Assembly (NCBI RefSeq): GCF_009914755.1
Contig: NC_060936.1
Length of the DNA: 64,000 nt
Reading direction: 5' to 3' (one strand)
Source: the human T2T-CHM13v2.0 reference genome, Homo sapiens
Of the stretch, positions 12,673 to 24,935 are shown piece by piece. A program made the position numbers and the translations under genes. A model generated the notes under the pieces. The model saw only the letters and a list, made by a program, of their open reading frames with translations. It had not been told where the DNA came from and did not search any database. Each line of letters begins with the position of its first letter. Position 1 is the first letter of the stretch.

Positions 12673-13737
12673 TGTATGTGTGCATGTGTGTGTGTGTGTG
12701 TACATGCATATATAGGAGTGACAAGTGGCTGGCCCAATTCAAATTTATATTGATTAGATAGTAGCTACTTATAGCCTTTGCATGGTCCCATAAGATGCAT
12801 TCTTTTTGTAGCTGAGGAAATTTAACTGTTTTCTACCATAAAAATTGTTGTAGTCATCTGCAATAAGGAAGTAGAATAATGTAATAAGGATTGTCCGAGT
12901 CCTTGAAAGAGACAGCTCTTATTAGTTTTGTCTTAGGCTTTGGGGTAGGAGAGTGTGTAGGACAGATTCTATTGAGGATTTTCATGGAAAACTCAGCTAG
13001 GGAAAGGAACAGGTTTCATTATTTTTTCAAATTAATGAGCCAGGTTCTTTCATTTCTGTCTTTGAGGTACAGGAAGGAATTCAGAGTGGTGTTACTGAGT
13101 GGATTCCGGATATCCGGCAAAATTGGAGAAGTTCTAATTTATGGAGAAGTTATAAATTATGTTCATCCATATGAAAAGTATGAACTGAATGGAAGGACTA
13201 CTGGTGTAACCTCTTTTGTCACTGGAAAGTTATTGACTAGATATTTCAGTCTTTACAAAAGAATTCCAGAAAGATGGATGTCTTCATTATCTCGTCTGTA
13301 GTTGGTCAATTTTTATAAAATCCAAATGTGTTCATCACTTTTCTTCTTCCCTTTTTCTCTTGTTGATAAGGATTGGACTTTCTATGGTTTATCCTTCCCT
13401 CTCTTAAGGTAGATGCTTCTTTTTTAAAAACCTAAGACTTGAGACTTCACAGGCCTCCATGGACTGTTTTTCCATATGCCCCATGTAATGGGAGCTGTCT
13501 AGGTACAGAAATGTCCTTTCACAGTGGTTCCTATGGTGCTGCTTTCCTCTCCCAGCTTCAGAAAAGGACACCTGGCACCTCTGAGTTCCTCACTGGTGGT
13601 GGCAGCAGGGCTTTGACATCCCCAGTTCTTATATCCTTACATAATCCATTGAGTGTAAGAAATAGTCTTCTGGTAGCTCCTGCACACATTCTGAAGGCCA
13701 CTCTTTCTTGCATTGTCCCATACTCAGTGATAAACTG

Positions 13738-14285
13738 TGTTGCAGGGTCCTCAAAACTACCCCCAGATTCACTTATTCTCTATAAGAACTCAAGGGATTC
13801 AGCACACAGGCTTACCTGCAGCTGTGAATTATCATAACAAAAGATGTAAAGCAAAATCAGCAAAGAGAACAGGCTCACAGAGCAAAGTCTATAGATCGCT
13901 GGCACAAGCTTCCAGGAATCCCCTCCCACTGCAGTCGTCCAAGGGTGGGTGCCAGCTTTTGCATCCTATGGTAACAGCATTGTGAAATGTAGACCAGGGA
14001 AGCTCATTAGAAAAGCAGCACCCGAGGTCTTTGCTGAGGTCTGGTTGCCTAGGTACTTTCTGCCTATCATGTACCCAAATCCGAAACTCTAAGGAAGGAA
14101 GCAAGTGTTCAGCATAGACTGTTCTTTGTGCGAAGAGTTTTATCACAGTGTACCATTCTTCTTAGTTAGTGAATGCTGGAAACTCTCACAAAATCCAAGT
14201 TTCCAGAGAGCAGTCAAAGGACAACCTTATAAGCAGATCTTTCTAAGGACAGCAGTCTCAGGCCTCCTACATCCTTTTCTGCACA
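13738..14285 (-). mobile_element. MER21A-like LTR
   Basis: GGAAGCTCATTAGA, AAGGAAGCAAGTGTTCAGCATA, CTAAGGACAGCAGTCTCAGGCCT...CTTTTCTGCACA are the reverse of MER21A motifs. Confidence 0.8.
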
Positions 14286-15347
14286 CATAACCACCCTTGA
14301 CCTAATCAAAGATTAAGTCCAAAGGGCGATACAGAGAATGTTAATTTCCTTAAGCAAATCAGGATTACTAAGATGTTTCCTTGTGTTTTGGACTTTGGCT
14401 CGACAAATCCCATTTAAGATTGTGCAGAAGAGACCCCCTGCCCTCCTTGTTGACCTGTTAACAACAAAAGGCTGAAAACAGAGCACAGGCTAACATACCG
14501 TTGCCATGACTACCTGTGTGACAAACATCTTAATGGCATTTCGCTGAGATGCTTCAGGTATTGGGCTTTGGAAAAGGGGTGGCTAAATAGAACTAAAGAC
14601 CTTGTGGCACTCAGCGCCCAGTGGTGCACGAAATATCCAGTTAATGCCCTCAGTGATAGCCATTCGTTTTTTACCAAGGGTAGTAGAAGACGAAATGGGT
14701 TCATGCTACCATGAGTTGGTTTGGATACTCACAGAAAGAATGGTCCCTTCAGGCATTATTCAACTTCCACAGCTCCTGCTCACTCTCAGCCACTGTGCTG
14801 TGTCTCTGCCACCATGACACGGAACAGCTTTCACCAAGTGAGTGAAGTCCATTACTAAATTCGATGGTTGCTTCTGACTGGTTAGTTCCCTCGAGGCCTC
14901 AGTAACATTTGACATTAATACTGATGCCCTTTGTAAAGCTCTCTATGGCTGTGTTCTCACTCTTTGATCACAGGATCTGTTTATCCTTACATTGTTGAAA
15001 ACCACCCCACCAAAAAAACCATTTTGCTTATAAACATTGATATTTATTAGAAATTAAAATGGAGAAATTTCATGATGTTGTTTCTCCAGTTTGTTGCAAT
15101 ATCACCTTTCCGGTAGCCTCCGGAAATCTCCATTCTGCATTCATGTGCTCATGAGAACGAAATCAACAAATAACACCTTAGTATCCATATAGAGATATTT
15201 TGGCTTGTGTGGACCTCCTACAAGGGTCATGGGAGCCCCGAGAGTTTGTGGACCTCACTTTGAGAATCACTGTTCTACATAATTCCTGTGGCTGTTTTTA
15301 ACACCATGGGCTTCTGTCTTCCTCCTACCTTCCTGGCTCCTGCTTCT

Positions 15348-15767
15348 TGTTAGGTTTCCAAGGGAAGGTGAGGGTTAAAGACACACATAGAGCGAGAGGG
15401 CGGCTCAACAGCAAATGCAGGTATTTATGTCCAGGTAAACCTGCCGAGGTGGAGGACCAGCTTAATGCCAGTGCCCACCACTGCTTACAGGCTGGGATAC
15501 TTGTAGGTATGGCAGGGAGGGGTCTGGGCAGTATGGCGTGCTGCCAGGGAAGATGTTGAGAAGACGTTCCCACAATGAGGCAGTTGGGGCCTTGTTCCCA
15601 CAGAATGTAATAATGATGTTCCTTGGACTTTTTCTCAGCAGAATGTGTTAAAGTCAGGCGGTTGGGCAGGCAGGTTCTCATGGCCCGAACCCTCGTGGAA
15701 TGTTTCACTTTGACCAAGGTCTGCATATTGGCAGGGAGCTTACAAAATGGTGCATTTTGGATTAACA
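15348..15767 (-). mobile_element. LTR47-like solo LTR
   Basis: TG...CA ends; GAATGTTTCACTTTGACCAAGGTCTGCA...GCTTACAAAATGGTGCA. Confidence 0.7.
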
Positions 15768-17141
15768 GGTCTCAGTCTTGGGCTCCTCGTTGTCTGACAG
15801 ATCCTAAATCTTGGCCCCTGCTGTTCCAGGTTCTCTTCTCATCATGCATGTTCTCTGGGTAATTTCATTCACTCCTAAGGCTTAAAACATCATCTCTCTG
15901 CTGAAGGCTTCTAAATCTCTTTCCCTAGCTCGGAGCCCTTTTCTGAGATTCAGATCCATGTGTAGTTTGATCTGGTGGGCACTGGTACTTTTGTATTCCA
16001 CAGGTATCTTTGGCAACTATCTACTTCTTTCTATCTTCAGGGCTATTCTTTCAGGGTCATTCTAGCAGTCCCTAGCAGAGTTTACTGTCCTTGTCCCCGC
16101 CTGCTTTTGGTCCATTCTCCATCATTGTAGAGAGATATATTTAATCAAATCTTCTCATTCATGATTAGGTCATGTCAGTGCCTTTCCATTAGTCTTTGGA
16201 TAAAGGCTAAGCATTTTAAAATGCTTAATGGCTTTTTGTGATATGACTCTTACCTAAAACTCTCCAGCTTGTGTTTTGCAGTTTGTCCCTTCTCTTGAAC
16301 TTCATCTTTCAGTCACACTGAACTTTCAGGCTCTCCTAATGGCTATGTGTTCTCATCCTCTGGGCATTTACCTCTGCTGTTCCAGGAAATGGTCTTCAAC
16401 ATCTTCAGATACCTAGAAGGTTTGCCCCTCAGTGGGAAGAAAGCTTCCAACTCCCAGCGGTTCCAGCAGAAGTCCTGGGGCTGGAGAGCTGTTCCTGAGT
16501 TGCCTGTGATCACATACCACACCTGATGGCATCACTGTATCCAGGCTCCAGGTGCATAGAATGTTGTGAGGTCATGACTGCCAGCATTATGACCAGTCTT
16601 GGAACTAGGATTGGGGTGGGGTTCATCCCACCCAGACCACAGAGACTGAAAATAAGAAAGGGGTGAGGCCTAAGGGACAATCAGGATGTTTTTCAGAGAG
16701 AAGTGTGGATGCTGGACAGGAAGAACCACAGATACCAGATACGGGTACTGTTGTAACTCTGTTCTCCATGAAAAGTAATTTGCTTTTGCTTGATACTAAT
16801 CTTTTTGCCCTCATACTCTTGTGCGTGGAGTTTATCTATCCACCTCCAACAGACACTCACACACCTCCCAGTCATTTCTTATCCTTCAAAACCAGCTCAG
16901 ACATGTGCTTTTCCAGAGAAAAGATTGACGTTCTTCCCTCCCAGGCTGACTTTCCATATGCAAAGTACACATGTAGACACTGCAATGCATTACACACAGC
17001 ATTTGATTTGTGGGTCTGTCTTCTCCACCACATGAGCTGACCAGAAATCATGCCATCTACATTTCCACATCCTCAACAAGTAGTTAAGACCTGGCACAGA
17101 GGAAGTAGTGCTTGATTAGGTTTGGGGAATAAGGGATATAG

Positions 17142-17255
17142 TTTTTTTGTTGTTTGTTTGTTTTTCGAGATGGTGTTTCACTCTTGTTTCCCAGGCTGGA
17201 GTGCAATGGCGCGATTTCGGCTCACCGCAACCTCCTGGGTTCAAGCGATTCTCCC
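17142..17255 (-). mobile_element. Alu right-arm fragment
   Basis: T-rich tail then CCCAGGCTGGAGTGCAATGGCGCGAT...TCAAGCGATTCTCC, truncated. Confidence 0.9.
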
Positions 17256-18179
17256 AGTTTCCTCCAAGGCTCTTGTGTAAACTGTTCTTATTGAGACTTT
17301 GGGTTGGAGATTTCTAAGGCTTGTGGGATAATAAATCTTCTATTTTTTTTCTTGAGTTCCTCTTTATAGGTTTTATTCCACAGACATTTCCTGAAACTTT
17401 ACTAATTAAAACAATGATGAGGCCTGCTTTGGGTACTTAACAGGACTGTCTACTAGGGGACACAAGAGAAGGACATGACAGAGCCTGTGACTTTTACCAG
17501 CCATCAGTTCAAAGGGAAACTTGCAAACAGCCTGCAGCTGGTTGAAGGATCAGGAAGGAAATAGTTCATCTGAGCACAGCCTCTGGAGCCTGAGTTCAAA
17601 TCCTAACTCACCCCTTGTTAGTTTTGTGCCAGTGGGCAAACTTCTTAACCTCATATGACTCAGTAGATGCAAAGTACTTAACTCATGCTTGATGTATAGT
17701 TAGCAATTAATAGTTAAGATTAATTTAATTACCTATTTGTGATTATTTCAAACTCATTTATCTCTTCTTTTTCTAAACTCTGACAATAGTTAAAACTGTA
17801 TAAAGCACTTTTAGCAGTGCATAATGCATTTTCATTTATGCATCAGTATTTATTGTGAGCATATGTCTTCTCTTCCCAACTATATTATTTGTTTCCAGGG
17901 ATAATACTGTGTCTTCCACTGTGGATATGTGTTGGCTGTGTCATACGTGTAACAGCGGCCTTTACATAATTAGCTCTGATAGAAATGATACTTACATCTG
18001 TTTTTTTCTGTAACATAAGTTAAACATAATATAACAGTAATATAATACCATGAAAAAGACGGCAGGAGTGACAGTTAAGCTCCCGAGCTGACACTGTTTC
18101 AACTCTTAAGAAGCACCCATTAATACATCAACAAGTGTTATGGCCATTTTTAAACAGTCTTAATTTCCTTAAGGTAGTT

Positions 18180-18506
18180 GCGTTAATCTTCTGGTACTGC
18201 CATAAAATACCATAGGCTGGGTGGCTTAAATTTTATTTTCTCACTATTCTGGAGACTGGAAGCCCAAGAGCAAAGTGCCTGCTGATTAGTTCCAGGGCTT
18301 TCTTCCCAGCTTGCAGACAACCACCTTCTCACAGTGTCTTCACGTGGCAGAGAGAAATAGCGAGCGTTCTGCTATCTCTCCTTATAAGGATCCTATCAGA
18401 CTACCACCTACTTTAACCTTAATTACTTCATTACTCCAAACTCAGCCAGATTGGATGTTAGGGCTTCAACATACGAATTTTGGGGGACACAGTTCAGTCC
18501 ATAGCA
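18180..18506 (-). mobile_element. MLT1A-like MaLR LTR
   Basis: AAATACCATAGGCTGGGTGGCTTAAA...TTTTGGGGGACACAGTTCAGTCCATAGCA. Confidence 0.8.
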
Positions 18507-18819
18507 GAGGTCTTTCCACAAGAAAAAAGCAACATGATTGTTCTATCTCTCTAGTTTTTGTAAATCAGTCCATACAAGAAACTGGCTTCCCCAAGTTATC
18601 CTGGATGACTTGTATTTTACCTTTTTAACAAACAAATTAAATTACCATATTGATGAGGAGTCAATGCCTAGATCGGGGCTATAAACTCACCCTGGGTCCT
18701 GGTATTCAAATGTATCATGGGGATTCTGTCTCCATCTCCAGTGCTGCTTTCCCCAATGTCGGCCTTGTTCTCACACAGTTCCCTGAAGGGGTGACAGGAA
18801 GGCCAGGCAGGGGACACAA

Positions 18820-19095
18820 ATGAGGCAAGCAGTCTGGGCATGGGCAGCAGGGAATGGTGGGGACTGCAGCGAACCTTAGGACAGAGGCCCCATGTAAAGG
18901 GCTCAGCAGCCACTGAGGGCCATCTGACTAGTGCCAGGAAAAATGTATGTCCCACTTTCCAGATCTTTTTATATTTTCAAAGAAAAGCTAGAGAGCTGGA
19001 TTTTTTAAAGATTGACAACTAATTAGATGTTAAAAATTGTGTTAGATTAGAAGAAAAATGTCATCTAGCATGGGATCTATTTTGGATCTCTAGCC
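18820..19095 (-). mobile_element. MER102-like hAT-Charlie remnant
   Basis: GGGAATGGTGGGGACTG...CCAGATCTT...AAGCTAGA...GGATTTTT resembles antisense MER102. Confidence 0.6.
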
Positions 19096-20619
19096 TAAGC
19101 TTTTGGAGGAAATTGGTAAAACTGCCAAGATCACATTGGTCGGGGGTTAACTTATGTCTGATTTTTTCATTGCTACTGAGCTTATTACTGAGGACCCAGT
19201 GTCATAAAGTATTTCTATTAGATCATTCATGGCACTGGGTTCAGACAGTCTAATCTTACAATGCTAAAAAAAAAAAAGAGTCAATTCCAACAGTAACTTT
19301 TTTCTCCAGAATAATTGCTTAAATATCTGGTACACTCTGAGGGCACTCTTGGTTTCTCTTTTTTAACAAGATTACTGAGTTGAATAAGTCAGATTATGTT
19401 ATTATTTCACTATTTTGTTTGGGTTTGGGAATGAACAATTGTTAATTTTTTTCTGCTTAGCATTCCTTTGCCCTTCCTGTCCTAACAGTATCTAAGAATG
19501 CTATGGAAAAACACCACCTGTCCCCTACCTTCCAGCTTTGTACTTCAGAAAAACTGACCCTTTTTTAGGCCTCGGTAGGGGGCCTCCTGGCATAGGCTGG
19601 GCTACTCAATATAGTCTCCCCCTAGGCCACAGTGATAGGGTTAGTGACGACACATGACCCACTAGAGACAATGACATGCTGCATGGCTTATTCCTTCTTC
19701 TACTGTGACTTGTGGAAAAGGAACCCTAACCAGTTCTTGATGGACTGAACAACATTTAGGAGATGGTGTTCTTGTCACCTTGTGGAGCTTAAGCAAAAAG
19801 CCACACCATGGAAAGCAGGACTGAGAAATGAATGAAAAAGCATGTTGGTGCCATTGGTTGCACCTGAATCCATCTGAGCCTGAAGCCAGTCTACTCCTAG
19901 TGACTGCATGTTTTATAGAATTCTTTTAAAAGAATCCTTACTGATATACATAATGGCCAAAGAAGAGGAAGATCAGTCTCAATTAGTGAGAAGTCCAAAG
20001 CAAATGGACTCTGTGGATGGTCCCATCAAAATGAAGTCAAAGGTTAAGGCCACATTTAAGTTGTCTCATGGTGTGTTTTTGGTGGGTGGATAGACTATAA
20101 AATCCCACTTAGCACAGAGAAAACAAACTGAACCTCAGAGGACTTATGTGGTTTCTCTCAGTACCTACAGTGGGCTCATGCAGGCCTGGGGCTCCAGCTC
20201 AGGTGTCTCAGCTTCTCAGGGCATCAGCTGCCTCCTATTCAGGTAGTGACAGAGCTACTAGGATTGCTCAGTGAACATCCATATACCAGCTCCTAGATTC
20301 AACAGTTAATATTTTACAATGTTTGCTCATCACGTATCTATCCATCTGGTCCACTGTCCACCCTTTAATCCATCTTATTTCATGTTTTAATTGGAGGTCA
20401 TCTTACTTGATGCACAGATTTTTATTCATTTGGCAAATATATAAGACCTCCCTCTAGGCACTTGGGATGAAACAGTGAGCTAAATACCAAAACGTTTCCT
20501 CTCAGGAGGCTGGACATTTTGGGGGGATTGATGATTGATAGAAGAGTAACAAAACGTATACATAGGACATTTTTAGGTGGCAATAAATGTTTTTAAGGAA
20601 ACAGAATAGGATGAAATGA

Positions 20620-21165
20620 CTGAATCTCTAAGACACATTCCAGCTAGGAAAACAAAAAACATTCTAGGTATTTTAACAGAGGGATTTAATACAGGGATTA
20701 TTTACCCAGGTGTAGAAAAGCTAAAAAAAAGCTTAATATTTCTTGAGAAAAGAACGCAGAGGTTAAGAGTTGCAAGAAACTGTTACCACTCCTATGGTTG
20801 GAGGGACAGAGGGAAGAGGTGATATTACTAGTGCGCAAGTACGGGGACTGTTTGGTGGAAGTTAGAACCATAGTCGTAGCTGTCCTGGATGATGTTGCTG
20901 GAGGATATGAGAAGACGGTAAGGGGAGCTCTCAAGGAGTTGGAACCACATAGGAGACAAAGCCATTAGCAGAAAATGCTGCAAGAAGCAGGAAGAAAAAC
21001 ACATACTCGAGTTCTTCCTTCTTCTTCTCCTCCAACCTTGCACCAGTGCCTCCAAATTGGCTGAACCTGCTGAAAGCCAGTGGGAGAGAGCCTGGGAAAT
21101 GTATTTCGGAGGCATACACAACAGAGGAAGGTGTCTGGGGGCCCAGGACAAACCGGCAGTTGACA
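20620..21165 (-). mobile_element. LTR33-like ERVL LTR
   Basis: AGAGGGATTTAATACAGGGA...TCTCCTCCAACCTTGCACCAGTGCCTCCAAATTGGCTGAACC. Confidence 0.6.
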
Positions 21166-21533
21166 GCGTAGTGGCTTTTCAGAAACAAGTCTTGTCAGAA
21201 ATGTGACTTTTTCTGGGGAAAATTGGACTAGAAGCGAGAACAAGAACTGTTTTCTGGGAATTCCCTCTATGGGAAAGTCATGGTGGTATCGACTGTAGAT
21301 TGGCAGATGACAGAGGGCCTCTTTGAGGGGGTGCCAGATGGCTGAGGATGCCTGACCAGGGGCTGACATCTCTGCACACATCCTGGTGGAGAGGTTTCCA
21401 GGCTGAGCAAGGAGCCAGTAACAGCCATGAAGACAGCACAGAGGAAGCTGTGTCAAAAAATCAGAAACCGATATTTCAGACAAGCCTGGTTACAAAATTA
21501 TGAGGAACCTTTGGCCCTTTCCTTCACCCTAAG

Positions 21534-21626
21534 CAGTGACATCAACACCATCACCCCGGATGAATATCAGTTTACTTACCGAGGCTCCTTCAAGCTCTTG
21601 GCAGGCAAGACCATGGACCCAAGAGG
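21534..21626 (+). CDS. Candidate internal exon (93 or 90 nt, NAGNAG acceptor); phase-1 frame VTSTPSPRMNISLLTEAPSSSWQARPWTQE
   Basis: CCCTTTCCTTCACCCTAAG|CAG| acceptor and GG|GTATGT donor at 21627; length is a multiple of 3; open in phases 1 and 2. Confidence 0.45.
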
Positions 21627-22965
21627 GTATGTAACTGTGTATTGTCAGCGACTCCACACGGCTACATTTCGGTATTTAATGAGGCATTGATCTTGCTGGA
21701 GATTTTTGAAAGTCTGGCCAGCTGGCCCATTGGAAGGAGACCTGAGCTTGGTTCTCTGTGCCTGAGTCGTTGGCTGTCTATGCTACAGGAACTGCCTCAG
21801 CTGTGGAAATGCCATGAATCCTTTTCCCCGTTGGCCATGCAGCAGGTAATTAGCTTTATAGAGATGTGGGGAGGATATGGCAGGCCTTCAGGTCTGCGGG
21901 TTGTATCAGGGGCCCTGTCACACTGCCGGAGTGTTTGCATTCAGGGCTTCCTCAATCCTGACAGAGGCACATTTCCAGGGATGATGTATGTGTTCCAAGC
22001 ACAGCTACAAATGAGGCAGTTAAGTCCGTGGAAGCGCTGTGGGCCGCAGTCTCCTGCCAGGGTTCCCAAGACCCTGGGAGTGGCTTCCTTCCAATGGGCC
22101 ATTAGCTTTCCCCCGAAGCTCTTTGAGGCTTCTCTGGAGCCAGCTTCTCTTGGCACCGCCGGGCTGGAGGAAGCTTCTCCCATAGCGCTTGTCTGGCAAG
22201 CCTCACAGATTCACTCTGTCTTTCTCTGAACCTCTATGCTTGATTCTCTCTGTAGCTCATAACCAGGCCAGTAATGAGACACCCTGTTGAGCTGGGCCTC
22301 ATTAAGACTTTCTTCTTCTCTCTTCCCAGGACATACTTTATTCAGCTGGGTGCTGAAAAAGAATCTTGGAAATTAGGAAACTGAATGAGGCCTCATTTCA
22401 CACTCAGAATGTGGGTTGCAATAGTCACTTCCTCTGCTGCTGGGAAAGAAAGAATTATACTACCTTTTGAATTTTGGATTAAGGAGAGAGGTGTTGGCTT
22501 GTCAAACTACCATGTATTCCTCAAGACATATTTTTGTGGCTTTATAAAATTCAATATATATGTCTAAATTCAAAAATATTTTGTTGCAATCTGGCCCTTG
22601 GACAAACTGAGGCCCTAGCAACTGATGTTTATGGCTTTCCGTAGAACCTTTCAGATAAAATTTACACAGCATTTTACTGCAGCTATTTCACACAAAGCAG
22701 AGGATTTTGCCACAAAACTGAAAGAAAAAAGAAACTGCATTCTTAAATTTTTCATAAATCAAAAGGTATAAAAATATCTACCTAAACGATAAAGGAGATG
22801 AGAAACCCCACCCATGATGGGAAGAAAGCCTATTTCAGTTTTGCCTTTACTTCAAGTTCTTTTTTCCATATCTGGAATGCAATCAGAATTTTAATCTTGC
22901 CTTGGGTTCCTCCTGGATTTGGGGAGAAGACAAAACCTGAAAATCTCTAATCTGCATGTGTTCAG

Positions 22966-23070
22966 CTGCGTATCTTCTGGATACGGAAGGATCACACTGC
23001 ACAGAGTGCTGGACTTGCAGGAGCCCCGCTTCTCAACCTCCATCGCTTTATGAATGAATTCACCAGAAAG
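22966..23070 (+). other. Candidate 105-nt internal exon with an in-frame TGA (23055-23057) in phase 1; poison, 5'UTR or pseudogenised exon
   Basis: CTAAT branch-like site, TGTGTTCAG acceptor, AAG|GTAACT donor; phase-1 read AYLLDTEGSHCTECWTCRSPASQPPSLYE*IHQK. Confidence 0.5.
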
Positions 23071-24359
23071 GTAACTGGCCACTTTTACAAGGGGAAATAA
23101 ACCAACTAAACGTGACATTGGATTTTTCCCAGATTCTTTATTAATGGTGCTTCTGCATCGCTTTACCTTTTCAAGTATAAGTTACAGCAGATAATTCTTC
23201 TGAGAATGATCTCCTAAGGCATGTCTTCCTCTTTGCATTTTTATCTGGACCCTGTCCCATCTATAGGGTCACATTTTTTATTAGAAATGTTGCTGAAGAT
23301 CCCCTCAAAATAACAAATACGTGTGACATAATTATATATGCTTTATGTATTTTACATATACACGTGTACACTTGTGTAAGGAATTATTAGTTTTGGTTAA
23401 ATAGTATTTTATATATGCTGCTTCATATAACACATTGCAAATGCTTCCCGTGAGATTATATTATCTTCAAGTCATGGTTCTGATGGAGATTTAATATCCT
23501 ATTTATAGCATGTCTGAACCACATTTATTTAATCATTTTAATGATGGATATTCAGGTTGCTTTCAAAGGCTTCTTGCTGTCATAAATAATGGTTACCATG
23601 AACATCTTGGCACATATATCTCTTTCCAAAATGTTTGATTATTTCCATAGAATAAGTTATTAGATGATGAACTAGAAATATACACTTTAAAAAGTATATC
23701 CTGATTTCTTTATGCAGTCCCTTATTAATTACCATTTAATGCTAATTATTAATAAAGACAATAGCAAGGGGATATTTATGATTTAAACATGCCAGTAACT
23801 CTTCTAAGTGCTTTAGCATAGGAGTTCATATGATGCTTACAATCACCCAGCAAGGCTGAATCTATTATCATCCCGTGTCCTATGTGAGAAACCTTGAATC
23901 ACAGGAAGACGAAGCAGCTTGCCCAGGATTGTTCCGCTTATAAATATCAGATTCCAATTCAGGAACATGGCTACAGCATATTTGCTGTTTATTTGGTTTG
24001 ATGTTATAAGTGATACTGCAGTTAATATGCTTGAGTTTCAATCTTTAGGCACCCTCAGTAGCAGCTATGTGGCATGACTTTTAATTTTTATAGAATGGAA
24101 GATTCTAGAAGTGTAAATGTTCTCCCACAGCATTATTCACATTTTAGTGGAAATGATGGAGATATCTGAATGTCTCCTTAACAGGTTCCCCAAGTAGATG
24201 CAACATAAAGGGATGATGGAAATAAGCAAGAAGTTCTCAAGTATCAGCATGCCACATTCCACAGGCGGGATGTCAAAAATAGTTTTGGGTGATGGGCGGC
24301 TTACTGTGCATAAGGTTTGCAAACAAACGATATTGATTCCTGTTTTTCTTTCCTTTAAG

Positions 24360-24509
24360 AAAAGGAAGAATCAACACTTTCAGAGATGGAGCCTGTTGAG
24401 CCACAGTACCAACTAGTCAATGCTGAATCGACTTCTCCCTTTCTACATTGCCTGAGAGAAGTCATTGGGGAATACTCTGTACACGAATTTTCACTGTTGG
24501 GGAAAACAG
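24360..24509 (+). CDS. Penultimate exon (150 nt, phase 1-1): KEESTLSEMEPVEPQYQLVNAESTSPFLHCLREVIGEYSVHEFSLLGKT
   Basis: TTCCTGTTTTTCTTTCCTTTAAG acceptor, CAG|GTATTG donor, open frame that joins the TM frame across an 86-nt GT-AG intron; GAGATGG Kozak ATG at 24386. Confidence 0.65.
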
Positions 24510-24595
24510 GTATTGGAAGTGATGGGTAGACCTCAGTTTGTATGCATTGCGTTAATTACTATTTCTTTGCTTTTCCTTTTTTTGTGCGGTTGCAG

Positions 24596-24738
24596 AGAGT
24601 CAAGGGATTGGATTGTGGATTGCATTGGTGGTTTTCCTCAGTTTCCTCATCTTCTCCACAAGTTTCTACATATCGAATGCAGAGCAGCCCTTCTTCAAAG
24701 GACCTCCTACGGAAGCTGCTAAGGAACTCAGTCTGTAG
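24596..24738 (+). CDS. Terminal coding exon: SQGIGLWIALVVFLSFLIFSTSFYISNAEQPFFKGPPTEAAKELSL* (predicted TM helix plus short tail)
   Basis: Long pyrimidine tract and TTGCAG acceptor at 24595; ~22-residue uncharged hydrophobic run; TAG at 24736-24738; PAS downstream. Confidence 0.65.
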
Positions 24739-24896
24739 CTCTGCGTGGAGCCATGTGTAAACACTGAACTGAGACCTGCCACCTCCTACTACCTAAGGGC
24801 CCATTTTTATCTGATATCATCCCCCAGAAACAAACTCATGATGACTTCCATGTTTTTTTTAGATTAGATACATGGAGAATTTTCCTTTCCCTTAGA

Positions 24897-24935
24897 ATTA
24901 AAATCCTGCATTCTAATTTTCAGTAAGCTTTTTTA
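24897..24935 (+). terminator. Candidate polyadenylation site
   Basis: ATTAAA 24897-24902, CA at 24921-24922, T-rich tract downstream. Confidence 0.55.

Noticed and set aside
12891-13301. 136-aa ORF with an acceptor-like site near 13066
   Set aside because: No convincing donor and no recognisable family; cannot be supported as an exon.
21427-22229. Overlapping unspliced 87-aa and 195-aa plus-strand ORFs
   Set aside because: No recognisable homology; the 87-aa ORF runs through a splice acceptor and donor, so only 21534-21626 is kept as a candidate exon (its phase-2 frame is also open, so the frame is uncertain).
22331-22500. Strong acceptor TTCTTCTTCTCTCTTCCCAG
   Set aside because: All three frames close within ~60 nt and no good donor follows; at most a non-coding alternative exon.
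24841-24880. SECIS-like element (ATGA...TCCATGT/ACATGGA hairpin...GA) that could recode TGA 23055 as selenocysteine
   Set aside because: The helix is only ~7 bp and out of register with the core, and the loop lacks the unpaired AA. SECISearch3 would settle it, but it does not fit by eye.
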